DNA of 33,425 nt from an uncultured Coriobacteriaceae bacterium. GTDB taxonomy: Bacteria; Actinomycetota; Coriobacteriia; Coriobacteriales; Eggerthellaceae. Below the pieces are notes generated by a model. The model was not told the DNA's origin and made no database searches. It worked only from the letters and a program-made list of their open reading frames with translations. The position numbers and the translations under genes are program-made. This document shows, in pieces, positions 24,625-33,251 of this stretch. The stretch lies in the NCBI GenBank assembly GCA_946623915.1, contig CAMORQ010000001.1:1-33425 (forward strand). Reading direction: 5' to 3'. Numbering within the stretch: the first letter of the stretch is position 1; the number at the start of each line of letters is the position of its first letter.

Positions 24625-26256
24625 TTATTTATGAGAGCGTTGTTCCGCGCGGTTGTGCAAGCAGGTGTCAGGCTTCTTGTCGTTGCTCTTGTCTTCGTTT
24701 ATTACGAGCACCACACTGCCAATGGCGTTCACGACGTTTTGAACGCTGCCGAAAAACGCTTCGGTGTAGATGGCGATGGCAAGCGTGTCGAATGTTTGCA
24801 GATAGGTGGTTACGATCAGCAGGCCAATGAGAATCGATCCGGGTTGGTTTGGGGCGCCAAACGACAGGAACAAGACAAGCAAAGCGATAGCCAGGTAGGT
24901 GAGCGTGGAAACGTTTCCCTTGGAGAAAGAAAGCAGGACGAGGGAAACGAACATGATCAGAAAGGCGTTGCCGTCCAGGTTCGTTTGCGCGAGAACTGGC
25001 ATCGATTTTTGCAGGTTTTGGCGGTTGAGCCTGAAATGTTTCGCGCAATACCGGATGTTGAATGGGGTGGCTTCAATTACGGAGCCGATTTTCAGATTCT
25101 CGTGCACAAGAGGTAGAAGCTTTTTTATGAAGGGTACGACTTCGACCCCCCTTATGCGCAGCCGGATAGCGTATGAAATGAACAGGAGCGTCACACCTGC
25201 AACCAAAACGACGAAGTAGGCGGCTATGTAGAGGATTACGGCGAAACCGTAATCTGCGAGTACTTCAAAAATCGCCACAAAGCAGAAGAACGGCAGTGTT
25301 GCCATAACCGCATGGAGCATGCGGGAAAACAAGGCGTAGCAGGCATCGACAGCACCCTTGAGCATATCGAAGTGCTTTCCTGTGGTGCATAGCGCATAGG
25401 TGCCCAGAAGGGCGACCACAATCAGCGGGATAGGCGAAGTTGCACCAAATGCGTCGAATATGTTTGAGGGGATGAATTCGAGAAGGATATCGCCAAAGGA
25501 CCGTTCATCCAGTACGCCTCCGAACAAGTAGGTGGCTAATCCCAGGTCGCCCGAAAGCACCATGCGGGCGAGCGCGAAAGACACGGACGCCAGCGCGATG
25601 GCAAGGATTGAAGTGGCCACCGAGCGTCCTTGCAGCGCACGCACTTCATCGCTGTGCTCGGACACGATGTAGGCATCGGCCAGATTCTTCAGCAGCGAAA
25701 AGAAGGTCATGGGTGCGCCGATCATCAGCACCGCATTCGCAAATAGCCTTTCGAGGGGCAGTAGGACGTGCGTAAGCAAGCTTGCCCGAGTTGTTTCGTC
25801 TACGAGCAGGTTGGAAAGTGCATAAACCACAAGGGCGAGAAGAGCCGCCAATGCGCAAAAGAAGATGGGGATGCGGTAGTTTCGCCTTACGGAAATACGT
25901 ACGGCATTGTTGCCTGAACGATAGCTGTATCCCATTTTGTCGCCATAAGCTTTCAGGATAAGCCCTTCGGGAGAGTCCAGGCTGCCTTCGCTGGGAACGA
26001 ACATCTCGCCAGGGAAGTCGAGCCGAATGTTTACCTCTCCAAGCCTGTTGCTGCCAGATATTGTAAGCAGGGTGTTTTCACCGAATCCTTGGTCCCGCAT
26101 GTCTTGGAAGAGCGCTTCGAACAGGATGCGAACTTCCGAGGCGGCGTTCTGCTCGACATTGCCTTGCACCATCAGGCTGCTTAGAAAGTCAGAAGCTTTT
26201 CCGTAGTCTTCCGGGCAAACGTGAATTTGGGTCGATTGTCGATCTCTTTTGGGCAT
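24625..26256 (-). CDS. dicarboxylate/amino acid:cation symporter (SDF/DAACS)-like membrane protein with an N-terminal ~130-aa soluble extension
   Basis: Multi-TM C-terminal ~410 aa with SDF-like hairpin motifs (SFGAPNQPGS; FFGSVQNVVNAIGS in place of the D..RT..NV.GD motif). ATG 26256 is preferred over the track start 26349, which would overlap the upstream gene. There is no SD; TATAGT lies 7 nt upstream, so the mRNA may be leaderless. Confidence 0.55.
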   Translation of the reverse strand: MPKRDRQSTQIHVCPEDYGKASDFLSSLMVQGNVEQNAASEVRILFEALFQDMRDQGFGENTLLTISGSNRLGEVNIRLDFPGEMFVPSEGSLDSPEGLILKAYGDKMGYSYRSGNNAVRISVRRNYRIPIFFCALAALLALVVYALSNLLVDETTRASLLTHVLLPLERLFANAVLMIGAPMTFFSLLKNLADAYIVSEHSDEVRALQGRSVATSILAIALASVSFALARMVLSGDLGLATYLFGGVLDERSFGDILLEFIPSNIFDAFGATSPIPLIVVALLGTYALCTTGKHFDMLKGAVDACYALFSRMLHAVMATLPFFCFVAIFEVLADYGFAVILYIAAYFVVLVAGVTLLFISYAIRLRIRGVEVVPFIKKLLPLVHENLKIGSVIEATPFNIRYCAKHFRLNRQNLQKSMPVLAQTNLDGNAFLIMFVSLVLLSFSKGNVSTLTYLAIALLVLFLSFGAPNQPGSILIGLLIVTTYLQTFDTLAIAIYTEAFFGSVQNVVNAIGSVVLVINEDKSNDKKPDTCLHNRAEQRSHK

Positions 26257-26324
26257 ATGCAAACTATAGCATGCGCCATGGTCGCAGGCGTCATGCTTGG
26301 CGAAAACCTTGTGGCGATAAAGTC

Positions 26325-27137
26325 CTATCTTACCTGATAGGCTACACAAAACGCATCGTTAGCGGCAAGAAGGTCTGGGGTTAAGCGTGCGCGTATTTGG
26401 GTGGATATGTCGAGGGGCACACCATAGCGGCCCTGCGCAATCGAAGCGGCAATCGCAGCGATGGTGTCGCTATCGCCTCCGATGGAAACCGCCTTGCGGA
26501 TAGCATCTTCAAAACCGGTGCTCTCCAGGAACGCTTTTATGGCCTGCGGTACGCTGCCCTGGCAGCTGACGTCGAACGTGTATGTCGGCCGGATATCATC
26601 GAGTGTGAATTCAAGAGAGTAGCCGCATTTCGTGGCGTAAGCCGCAATGCCTTCGTTGGAGGCGCCGTTGCGCGCAAGCAAAATGCATCCTGCAGTCGTC
26701 GCTGCACCGCGGATTCCTTCGGGATGGTTGTGTGTGACCTTGGCTGTTTCGGCTGCAACGAACTCGACGGCTTCCAGCGATTGGCAGAACCATCCAGCAG
26801 GTGAAACGCGCATGGCAGATCCGTTGCCCCAGCTGTTGTACGGCGCGGCGCTTTCAGCACACAGCCATTTCGCGAACTTCCCACCGTATCCGGCGTTTGG
26901 ATGTGCAGCTCCAAGCTCCCGCATCCTTTCTACGAGAGCGGTGCTTAAAGGAGTCCCTTCTCGCGAATCCATCAGCGCCTGGGCAACGGCGAGCGTCATC
27001 ACGGAATCGTCGGTAAAGGAAGATCCGGGAGGGAGCAGCTCGAAGTCCGTGCGCTTGACGTTATGAAATTCGTACGTGCTGCCGATTACGTCGCCAGCAA
27101 GCGCTCCAAGGATGGGGGCGGCGAGTGTGTTTTCCAT
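26325..27137 (-). CDS. ADP-ribosylglycohydrolase family protein
   Basis: Family motifs are present: GALAGDVIGSTYEF, FTDDSVMT, GNGSAMRVSP, THNHPEG and SIGGDSDTIAAIA. ATG 27137 follows GAAAGGAGCC. The track start 27278 adds a non-homologous extension. Confidence 0.85.
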   Translation of the reverse strand: MENTLAAPILGALAGDVIGSTYEFHNVKRTDFELLPPGSSFTDDSVMTLAVAQALMDSREGTPLSTALVERMRELGAAHPNAGYGGKFAKWLCAESAAPYNSWGNGSAMRVSPAGWFCQSLEAVEFVAAETAKVTHNHPEGIRGAATTAGCILLARNGASNEGIAAYATKCGYSLEFTLDDIRPTYTFDVSCQGSVPQAIKAFLESTGFEDAIRKAVSIGGDSDTIAAIAASIAQGRYGVPLDISTQIRARLTPDLLAANDAFCVAYQVR

Positions 27138-27935
27138 AAGGCTCCTTTCGGTAACGGAAGGAAGACGATTATCGCCTATTCTAGATGGCATGAATAAGTG
27201 CGGCTCCATCGATGTTGTTCTAGGCGCTCCCTTTCTCTTGTTGTCCGACGTTAAGATGCTGATTGCAAACAGCAGCACTTTTGGTTGCCGTTCGCATCCC
27301 GCTGGTTTTCAGTGGTTTGCATACAAAGGCGGCTCTTCGGTAGCATCCGTGGAGGCGATTAGGGCATGGCCGTAGGTGGTTTGGGTAAGCCTCCTTATTT
27401 CGGAGGAAAGTAGGCGATCGCGTCGCGAACCGTGGTGTATGAGGTGGAGAAAGGAAAAGATCACCGCCTGTCCTAGAAAATCGCAGGCGGCCAGCGGGGC
27501 GGAGGTGGCCCGCGCCCCAACCGTATCCCCCAGGTTTGTCTGCACTCGACGGTCGACGAGGGCATCGGTGCGGCAGGCAGGCGACCATCGGCGGCCCAAG
27601 CCGGACCTGGCCCGCAGGAGCCGCCGAAAAGCCAGAAAAGCTCAGAAGACGGTGGCCTGCAGGACGCTTTTGCCTATCTCGAGCAACTCTTGCGCGACAA
27701 CCGCCGATGCCATTCCCAAGCGCGAACAATAACCACTTTTAGCTTGTGTGTCCCACAAGAGGGACTCGAAGGATAGTTTTTATTGCTAGGGTACCTTCTG
27801 GCCCCAGGAGAGGGGTGCAAAACACGCCGGCGGTAAGATGCCGAGTGCGCGAACCTTGAAAACAGAAGAGAGCAGATGGCCCGGTCAGGCAAAGAAGCGG
27901 GAAGTAGCCACAATATCAAAGGGAAAGAGGCATGC

Positions 27936-28532
27936 ATGACATATGGCGATAACGAACGAGTGGGCATATACCGTCAAGACCATGGAGAACGGCTCCTTGT
28001 GGGGGAAGTCAAGAACAAGTTGATGTTCGTGTCGGGGCTTTCGGTGCATGAACAGAAATGGGAAGTCTGGGTCGGAAAAGCGCGCGTGCAATGCGACACC
28101 TTCTTTGGGGCGATGCGCACAGCCAGCAAAATGGCGAAGCGCATTGGCGAGGACTCCGTGTTTTTCAGCGAGATGGAAATGGGCAAGTACGCGCAGGGAG
28201 TGCTGCGCCGCGAGTTCAAGTCGGATTACGTCGTAGGGCAGAAGGTGCAGTTGGATATTCCCGTTGCGCATTCTGCGTTCACGGGGTTAAGCGAGTGCAT
28301 CAGCGCCGAATGCGAAGTGCTCGAGATCTGTAGCATCGGGAACAATGGCTGGTGGATTCGCATGGGATACGAAAACGGCGAATTTGCGGCGCTCGAAGAG
28401 ATGGACGGGCAATTGTCGGTCCAGGCTCCGGTGGGAACGGTTGCTTGGCAGGCCAAAGACGACGAGTTCCTCCTTGCATGCGAAAAAGGCGTGGGGTTGC
28501 ACGTATGCAAATATGGAGCGCGTATCATATAA
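27936..28532 (+). CDS. hypothetical protein
   Basis: Protein-like composition with no motif I recognise. ATG 27936 follows GGGAAAGAGG. The alternative start is 27876. Confidence 0.5.
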   Translation: MTYGDNERVGIYRQDHGERLLVGEVKNKLMFVSGLSVHEQKWEVWVGKARVQCDTFFGAMRTASKMAKRIGEDSVFFSEMEMGKYAQGVLRREFKSDYVVGQKVQLDIPVAHSAFTGLSECISAECEVLEICSIGNNGWWIRMGYENGEFAALEEMDGQLSVQAPVGTVAWQAKDDEFLLACEKGVGLHVCKYGARII

Positions 28533-28687
28533 GGATACACAGGTAAATGTAGAATCTAGAAACGGCTTGGACTGGACGCTTGCAGTAAAAGGGCGCCCTG
28601 GTAACACTAAGGCATTGCCACAGGTCATCTGCACTCTTCTTGTTGGTTAAAGGTTGCGGGCAGCGAAGCAAGCCGTGCGGTTGGCTC

Positions 28688-29347
28688 CTAGCAGGATTCG
28701 TCCGTTGCCGGCTCTGGCAGGTAGCACATCGCAGTGTCTCCGAACGTGCAGACTGCCGAAGCGTTGGTGAATTCGCGCATGCGCTCCACTAAGGCTTCTG
28801 CAGAATCGGCGGGTACGACCAGATGCAGCTTCACCGTATCGGTGAAGTCAGCGCCTTCGAGAGTTGCGCCCCACTTTTCTACGTGTTTGGTAATTGGTTC
28901 GTAGAGTGCATAGGGCACGGTTGCATGCACGGTTTGGCTGGGAACGCGTAAGACGGTGTGGGCGGTATCTAGGGCGTCGCTCGCCGCTTTCGTGTATGCG
29001 CGCATCAGCCCGCCTTTGCCCAGCAGCGTCCCTCCGAACACGCGTGCGACTACACAGGCAACGTCGGCCAGCTCGCGACCCTTGATGGCATTCAGCACTG
29101 GCAGGCCTGCCGTGCCATGAGGCTCCTTGGCATCGGAGTAGAACTCCGACCCGTCGGCGAGCACCCAGGCAGACACATAATGGCTTGCATGGGGAATGCG
29201 TTTCATTATGTCGTGCCGAAACGCCACTGCTTCATCAGCGGATTCGGCGTGCACGGCAAATCCGAAGAACTGGCTTTTGCGGTCTTCGAAGAGCGCTTCT
29301 GCGCATGCGTCGGGCGCTATGGTTCGGTAGGGCTTCATTGCATCCAT
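28688..29347 (-). CDS. yigZ: YigZ / IMPACT-family (UPF0029) protein
   Basis: By recall it aligns with E. coli YigZ: KSQFFGF, HYVSAWVL, EPHGTAGLPVL and VVARVFGGTLLGKGGLMRAY. The start is uncertain (29347 or 29338). Confidence 0.8.
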   Translation of the reverse strand: MDAMKPYRTIAPDACAEALFEDRKSQFFGFAVHAESADEAVAFRHDIMKRIPHASHYVSAWVLADGSEFYSDAKEPHGTAGLPVLNAIKGRELADVACVVARVFGGTLLGKGGLMRAYTKAASDALDTAHTVLRVPSQTVHATVPYALYEPITKHVEKWGATLEGADFTDTVKLHLVVPADSAEALVERMREFTNASAVCTFGDTAMCYLPEPATDESC

Positions 29348-29427
29348 GCAGTTAGGGTACCATGTGTGCTTACGAGTTTGCACGCTGGCTGCGGGTTCGC
29401 AGGCCATGCCAGGAAAGGGTGCTCATT

Positions 29428-29601
29428 ATGTTGAAACTTGTGGGAACGCATAGGGACGGGACGATCGCCGACGAACGGATCCTGCTCGACAGCAACGACA
29501 GGCCCACTTTCTTTTTGTTGGGGCTGGCGGCTTTGGAGCTAACGCTCGATGTGGCGCTGGCTGTCATCCTGGCAAAGACCGTCTTCAAAAACAAGGGGTA
29601 G
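29428..29601 (+). CDS. possible small membrane protein (57 aa, one C-terminal TM helix)
   Basis: ATG 29428 follows GGAAAGGGTG. It has a hydrophobic stretch (FFLLGLAALELTLDVALAVILA). No homolog recognised. Confidence 0.3.
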   Translation: MLKLVGTHRDGTIADERILLDSNDRPTFFLLGLAALELTLDVALAVILAKTVFKNKG

Positions 29602-29791
29602 GCGCAGGATATGCGCCCGAACAGTGCAACGCGCCCAGTACTTCGGTAGGTAAGCGCGTGCAATGCGCCCGAGTGTCTAGGGTGTCGGTGGCGTAGGGCG
29701 GCTTGCCAGGTTGTGCTCGCTGTGTCGTACGTGTCCATCGCGCCGTGCTCGCCCGCTGCGCCGCATGCGCCCACTAGGTCGCGTTTGCTCG

Positions 29792-30943
29792 CTACGATTT
29801 CGCCGGGGCATTTTGTACGTACCAGGCGATAAGGTAGTCCACCACCAGGCCGTAGGATTGGACGCCGACTTCTTCCCCAAACGTCTTCAGATACGTGTCG
29901 TTGACCTGTGTGCCAGTTTCTTTGGCGGGACCCTCGTAGGGAAGGTAGTGCAGGTAGGTGGCGTAACGGTCGGTTGCAATCAAGCGGGCTCCATCGGCAA
30001 AGCTAGACTCTGCGGCCAGGTCGACGATTTGCTGCGCTATGTCGGGGCTATGGGATGAAAGCGCGTTGTGGCAATAGCAAAACGCCAGGTAATACGCCGC
30101 GTATTTGAAGCGGGTGTCATCGTTTGCCGCACAGGCCAAGATGGCGGCGAAATTCGCCTCTTCCTCGCTGGCGATTCCCAGGCGATGGGCTGCTTCGTGG
30201 CACATGGTGAATGGCATTTCCGATGGGGCGCAGTGCAGCGGCACGCTCGATTCCCCCGTTGGGGAAAAGAAAATGCCAACGTGCCCGCTGTAGAGCAAGG
30301 GGTCCCCTGCCAGCACAAGCGCTTTCACGGGCGCAGTAGATCCTTCGAAAACCGGGTAGCGGCCGGCCAGGTTGGCATACGACCCGCCCGCTATGCGCGC
30401 CAGTTCGAAGAAGTCTTGCGCAACCAGGTTGTCTTCGTCATCGCGTGGAACCTGATCGGCTAGCCGTGCGGCTTGCTGGTAGTAGTAGATGCATGCTTCG
30501 ACAAGCTGCTCGGTGGAATACTGCTCGACATCTAAATCCAAGTCACGAGATAGCGGTGGTGCGTAGTGGTTTACGGCCCATCCGCCCACGAACAGGAATG
30601 CCGTTGCGGCGAGCACGCAGAGCACGGTGGACAGCCATGCGAGAATCGAGCGCTTTCGCACGATGCGCGCGGCAAACGACACGACTGCTGCGATAGCCAG
30701 CGCAACCACCAAGAAATCCCACAGGGCAACAGGCGCAACGCTCGCCAACGCCGCCTGCGCTCCCAGCAGGGCCTTCGTGAAGGTGCGGTAGGCGGGAAAC
30801 AGCGCATCCCCAAAATGGGAGAACACCAACAAGAATGCGGGGCAAAGCAGCGCCAAGACGCCCGCCGCGACAAAACGAACTTTCGTCGACGTGCTTATGC
30901 GCCGCGGGGTGTTCGCATTATCTTGTTTCGGAGAAGGGTCCAA
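29792..30943 (-). CDS. DUF3810-like membrane-anchored putative zinc metallopeptidase
   Basis: N-terminal TM helices followed by a soluble domain with HExxH (CHEAAHRLG) and EEEANF, as recalled for DUF3810. The start is TTG 30943. Confidence 0.7.
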   Translation of the reverse strand: MDPSPKQDNANTPRRISTSTKVRFVAAGVLALLCPAFLLVFSHFGDALFPAYRTFTKALLGAQAALASVAPVALWDFLVVALAIAAVVSFAARIVRKRSILAWLSTVLCVLAATAFLFVGGWAVNHYAPPLSRDLDLDVEQYSTEQLVEACIYYYQQAARLADQVPRDDEDNLVAQDFFELARIAGGSYANLAGRYPVFEGSTAPVKALVLAGDPLLYSGHVGIFFSPTGESSVPLHCAPSEMPFTMCHEAAHRLGIASEEEANFAAILACAANDDTRFKYAAYYLAFCYCHNALSSHSPDIAQQIVDLAAESSFADGARLIATDRYATYLHYLPYEGPAKETGTQVNDTYLKTFGEEVGVQSYGLVVDYLIAWYVQNAPAKS

Positions 30944-31045
30944 GCAGCCTACCCGTGTCTGGTGTTTCTTCTATTTACGCTGGGTTCAATGCTATCATCA
31001 AACGCAAGGAACAACCCTATAGGGACACGAGGGAAAGGGGACATC

Positions 31046-31831
31046 ATGAAGTTGTACGTAATCGACCTGGGCAAAATCGTCATGATGAACGACAACCCGG
31101 TGGTTGACGCCAGCAGCGAAGATGTGGAAAGCGCCATCCCGATTCAAGCCTTCCTTATCGACTCTCCCGTCGGCTGGGTTCTGTTCGACGCAGGGTGCAA
31201 CCTGGAAGGGATGGATGGGGCGTGGCCCGAAGAGATCCGCGCCAACCCCTACGTGTACGAAGAAGGCATGACGATCGAACGCCGGCTCGCGGATATCGGG
31301 GTGGCCCTTTCCGACGTGAAGCATGTGGTGCTTTCCCACTTGCACCTCGATCATGTGGGATGCGCTCCGATGTTTCCGGATGCTACCTGGTACGTGCAGC
31401 GCGACGAATACGACCGCACGATGGCCGACTATAAGGCCGGCACGCTTGACATGTTCCATCTGCAATGCGACATGGATGCCATCTGCAGCCAGGATCGCAA
31501 CTGGCATTTCATTAAAGGCGACGAACCCTACGAGCTGTGCGAAGGCCTGACTATCTACGACTTCGGGCCGGGACATTCCTTTGGCATGCTGGGCCTGCGT
31601 GTCGACCTCGAATGCGGGACCTTCATACTCGCGCAGGACACAGTGTACTCGGCCTATCACTTCGGGCCACCGGCGCAGTTCTCCGGCGCGATGGTCGACG
31701 AGCAAGGCTACCTCGACACCATCGAATTCATCCGCGGGCTGGCCGACGAAACGAATGCGACGGTAATCTTTGGGCACGACATGGACCAGTTCCACTCGCT
31801 GACGCTGTCTGACAAAGGGTTCTACGAGTAG
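31046..31831 (+). CDS. MBL-fold metallo-hydrolase (N-acyl-homoserine-lactonase-like)
   Basis: HxHxDH motif (SHLHLDHVG), a downstream GPGHSFG and a terminal FGHD. ATG 31046 follows GGGAAAGGGGA. The track ORF start 30566 is an artefactual Arg-rich extension that overlaps the gene on the other strand. Confidence 0.8.
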   Translation: MKLYVIDLGKIVMMNDNPVVDASSEDVESAIPIQAFLIDSPVGWVLFDAGCNLEGMDGAWPEEIRANPYVYEEGMTIERRLADIGVALSDVKHVVLSHLHLDHVGCAPMFPDATWYVQRDEYDRTMADYKAGTLDMFHLQCDMDAICSQDRNWHFIKGDEPYELCEGLTIYDFGPGHSFGMLGLRVDLECGTFILAQDTVYSAYHFGPPAQFSGAMVDEQGYLDTIEFIRGLADETNATVIFGHDMDQFHSLTLSDKGFYE

Positions 31832-31954
31832 CGAACTGCCCGGATATGGACGATAACGGCACGCGTGGTGCAATCACGCGCGTTGCGCATAAGCGAATGC
31901 GCTGGTGCCCATGCGTGCTACAGCAATCAGTGCTAGCACGAGAAAGGACGCCTT

Positions 31955-32938
31955 GTGAAGCTTCTTGCCATTGGCGATGCGCAGCGCATCCAGAAATATT
32001 TGCCCGATCTGCCTATCGTCGGTCAGGTCGAATTGATGTGCGTGGGCCGTGGGACGCCTGACGCCGACATTCTTGCAACAGCCGCTGATGCCGATTTTCT
32101 GCTTGCGGATGCGGTAAGCCCGGTAAGCGAGGACCTTATCGCTGGGATGCCCAACCTGAAACTCGTGCATTCGGAGGGCGTGGCCTTCGACAAGATAGAT
32201 CTCGAGGCTGCCCGTGCCCGCGACATCTACGTATGCAACAATGCTGGCGCCAACGCTGCAGCCGTGGCCGAGCAGACCATCTTGCTCATGTTGGCCTGCC
32301 TTAAGTTCGCTCGCACGGGCGATGCGGCCGTGCGCGATGGCGAGCAGATTGTGATGAAGGAGCGCTTGATGCTCGAAGGCATCCGCGAATTGGGCGACTG
32401 CACGGTGGGGCTTGTCGGCCTGGGCGCCATCGGGACTCAGGTTGCGCGGCGCTTGGCGGCCTGGGACTGCCCGCTGCGCTACTTCAACCGTAGCCGCCGC
32501 TCTTCCGAGGTGGAAGAAGATCTTGGAGTGGCGTATGTGCCGCTCGAGCAGCTGGCCGCCGAATGCGACATCGTCAGCCTGCACGTTCCCGTGACGCCCG
32601 ACACTGAAAACCTGGTCGACGTAGCCTTCCTCGCGCGCATGAAAGACGACGCCATCCTGATCAATACAGCACGGGGCGAACTGGTCGACCAGCATGCGTT
32701 AGCCGCCACGCTCGAGGCGGGCAAGCTTGCCGGCGTGGGTTTCGACACCCTCTCGCCCGAGCCCGTTCAGATCGATCATCCGCTGCTGAACCTGTCGCCC
32801 GAAGCAACTGCACGCACGTTCTTTTCGCCGCATATCGCTGGCGTTACCGAGGGCATGTTCAAACGGGCCCATCACATGGTGTGGAGCAACATCGCTCGTG
32901 TAGTCGCAGGTGAGACACCCCTCAACATCGTGTCGTAG
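31955..32938 (+). CDS. D-isomer-specific 2-hydroxyacid dehydrogenase family, NAD-binding
   Basis: Rossmann motif GLVGLGAIGTQVARRL, plus the catalytic-region motifs LINTARGELVD and FSPHIAG. GTG 31955 follows GAAAGGA at 6 nt. Confidence 0.85.
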   Translation: MKLLAIGDAQRIQKYLPDLPIVGQVELMCVGRGTPDADILATAADADFLLADAVSPVSEDLIAGMPNLKLVHSEGVAFDKIDLEAARARDIYVCNNAGANAAAVAEQTILLMLACLKFARTGDAAVRDGEQIVMKERLMLEGIRELGDCTVGLVGLGAIGTQVARRLAAWDCPLRYFNRSRRSSEVEEDLGVAYVPLEQLAAECDIVSLHVPVTPDTENLVDVAFLARMKDDAILINTARGELVDQHALAATLEAGKLAGVGFDTLSPEPVQIDHPLLNLSPEATARTFFSPHIAGVTEGMFKRAHHMVWSNIARVVAGETPLNIVS

Positions 32939-33194
32939 TGATACTGTGTACTTAATTTTAGGTACAAGATATACCTAATACTGATAGTTAAAGGCTTCTG
33001 CGGAAGGCTTATACAATGTAGCCAAACTTAAGTACTTCCGACACTTTTATTCAACTGAGGCGCTTGGGGACGACGGGGGTGGATGCATGGGTATTGCATC
33101 AGGTTGAAAAGGACGGTCGCATGCGCAGGGCAGCCCCGCTTTTGACTCGCAACTGCGTGTCGTTCGGGGCCGTTTCGTTGACTGAAAGTATTGT

Positions 33195-33225
33195 ACGTAT
33201 TACACTATATATATACAACGTATTA
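33195..33225. promoter_or_regulatory. direct repeat ACGTATTA x2 flanking a TATATATATA tract (candidate promoter/operator of the antitoxin-like gene)
   Basis: Copies lie at 33195..33202 and 33218..33225, 27 to 57 nt upstream of ATG 33252. Confidence 0.3.
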
Positions 33226-33251
33226 TATCCTTACTGGAGAAAGGCTGGCGC

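Noticed and set aside
24505-25116. 203-aa plus-strand ORF
   Set aside because: Its 5' end is the tRNA-Sec gene and the rest is antisense to the SDF-like transporter gene. Its composition is not protein-like.
27280-27935. RNase P RNA, tmRNA or SRP RNA in the large GC-rich gap
   Set aside because: GGAGGAAAGTAGG (27402..27414) and CAACCGCCGATG resemble RNase P fragments, but they are about 300 nt apart and GGTAAGGGTGAAA and ACAGAACCCGGC are absent. There is no tRNA-like 3' end (no GGTTCGA...CCA) for tmRNA. CCAGGTCCGG on the minus strand lacks the GGAA tetraloop context of SRP domain IV.
30566-31045. N-terminal 160-aa extension of the MBL-fold hydrolase ORF
   Set aside because: The extension is rich in Arg, Gln and Gly, overlaps the DUF3810 gene on the opposite strand, and has an internal ATG at 31046 with a good RBS, where the homology begins.
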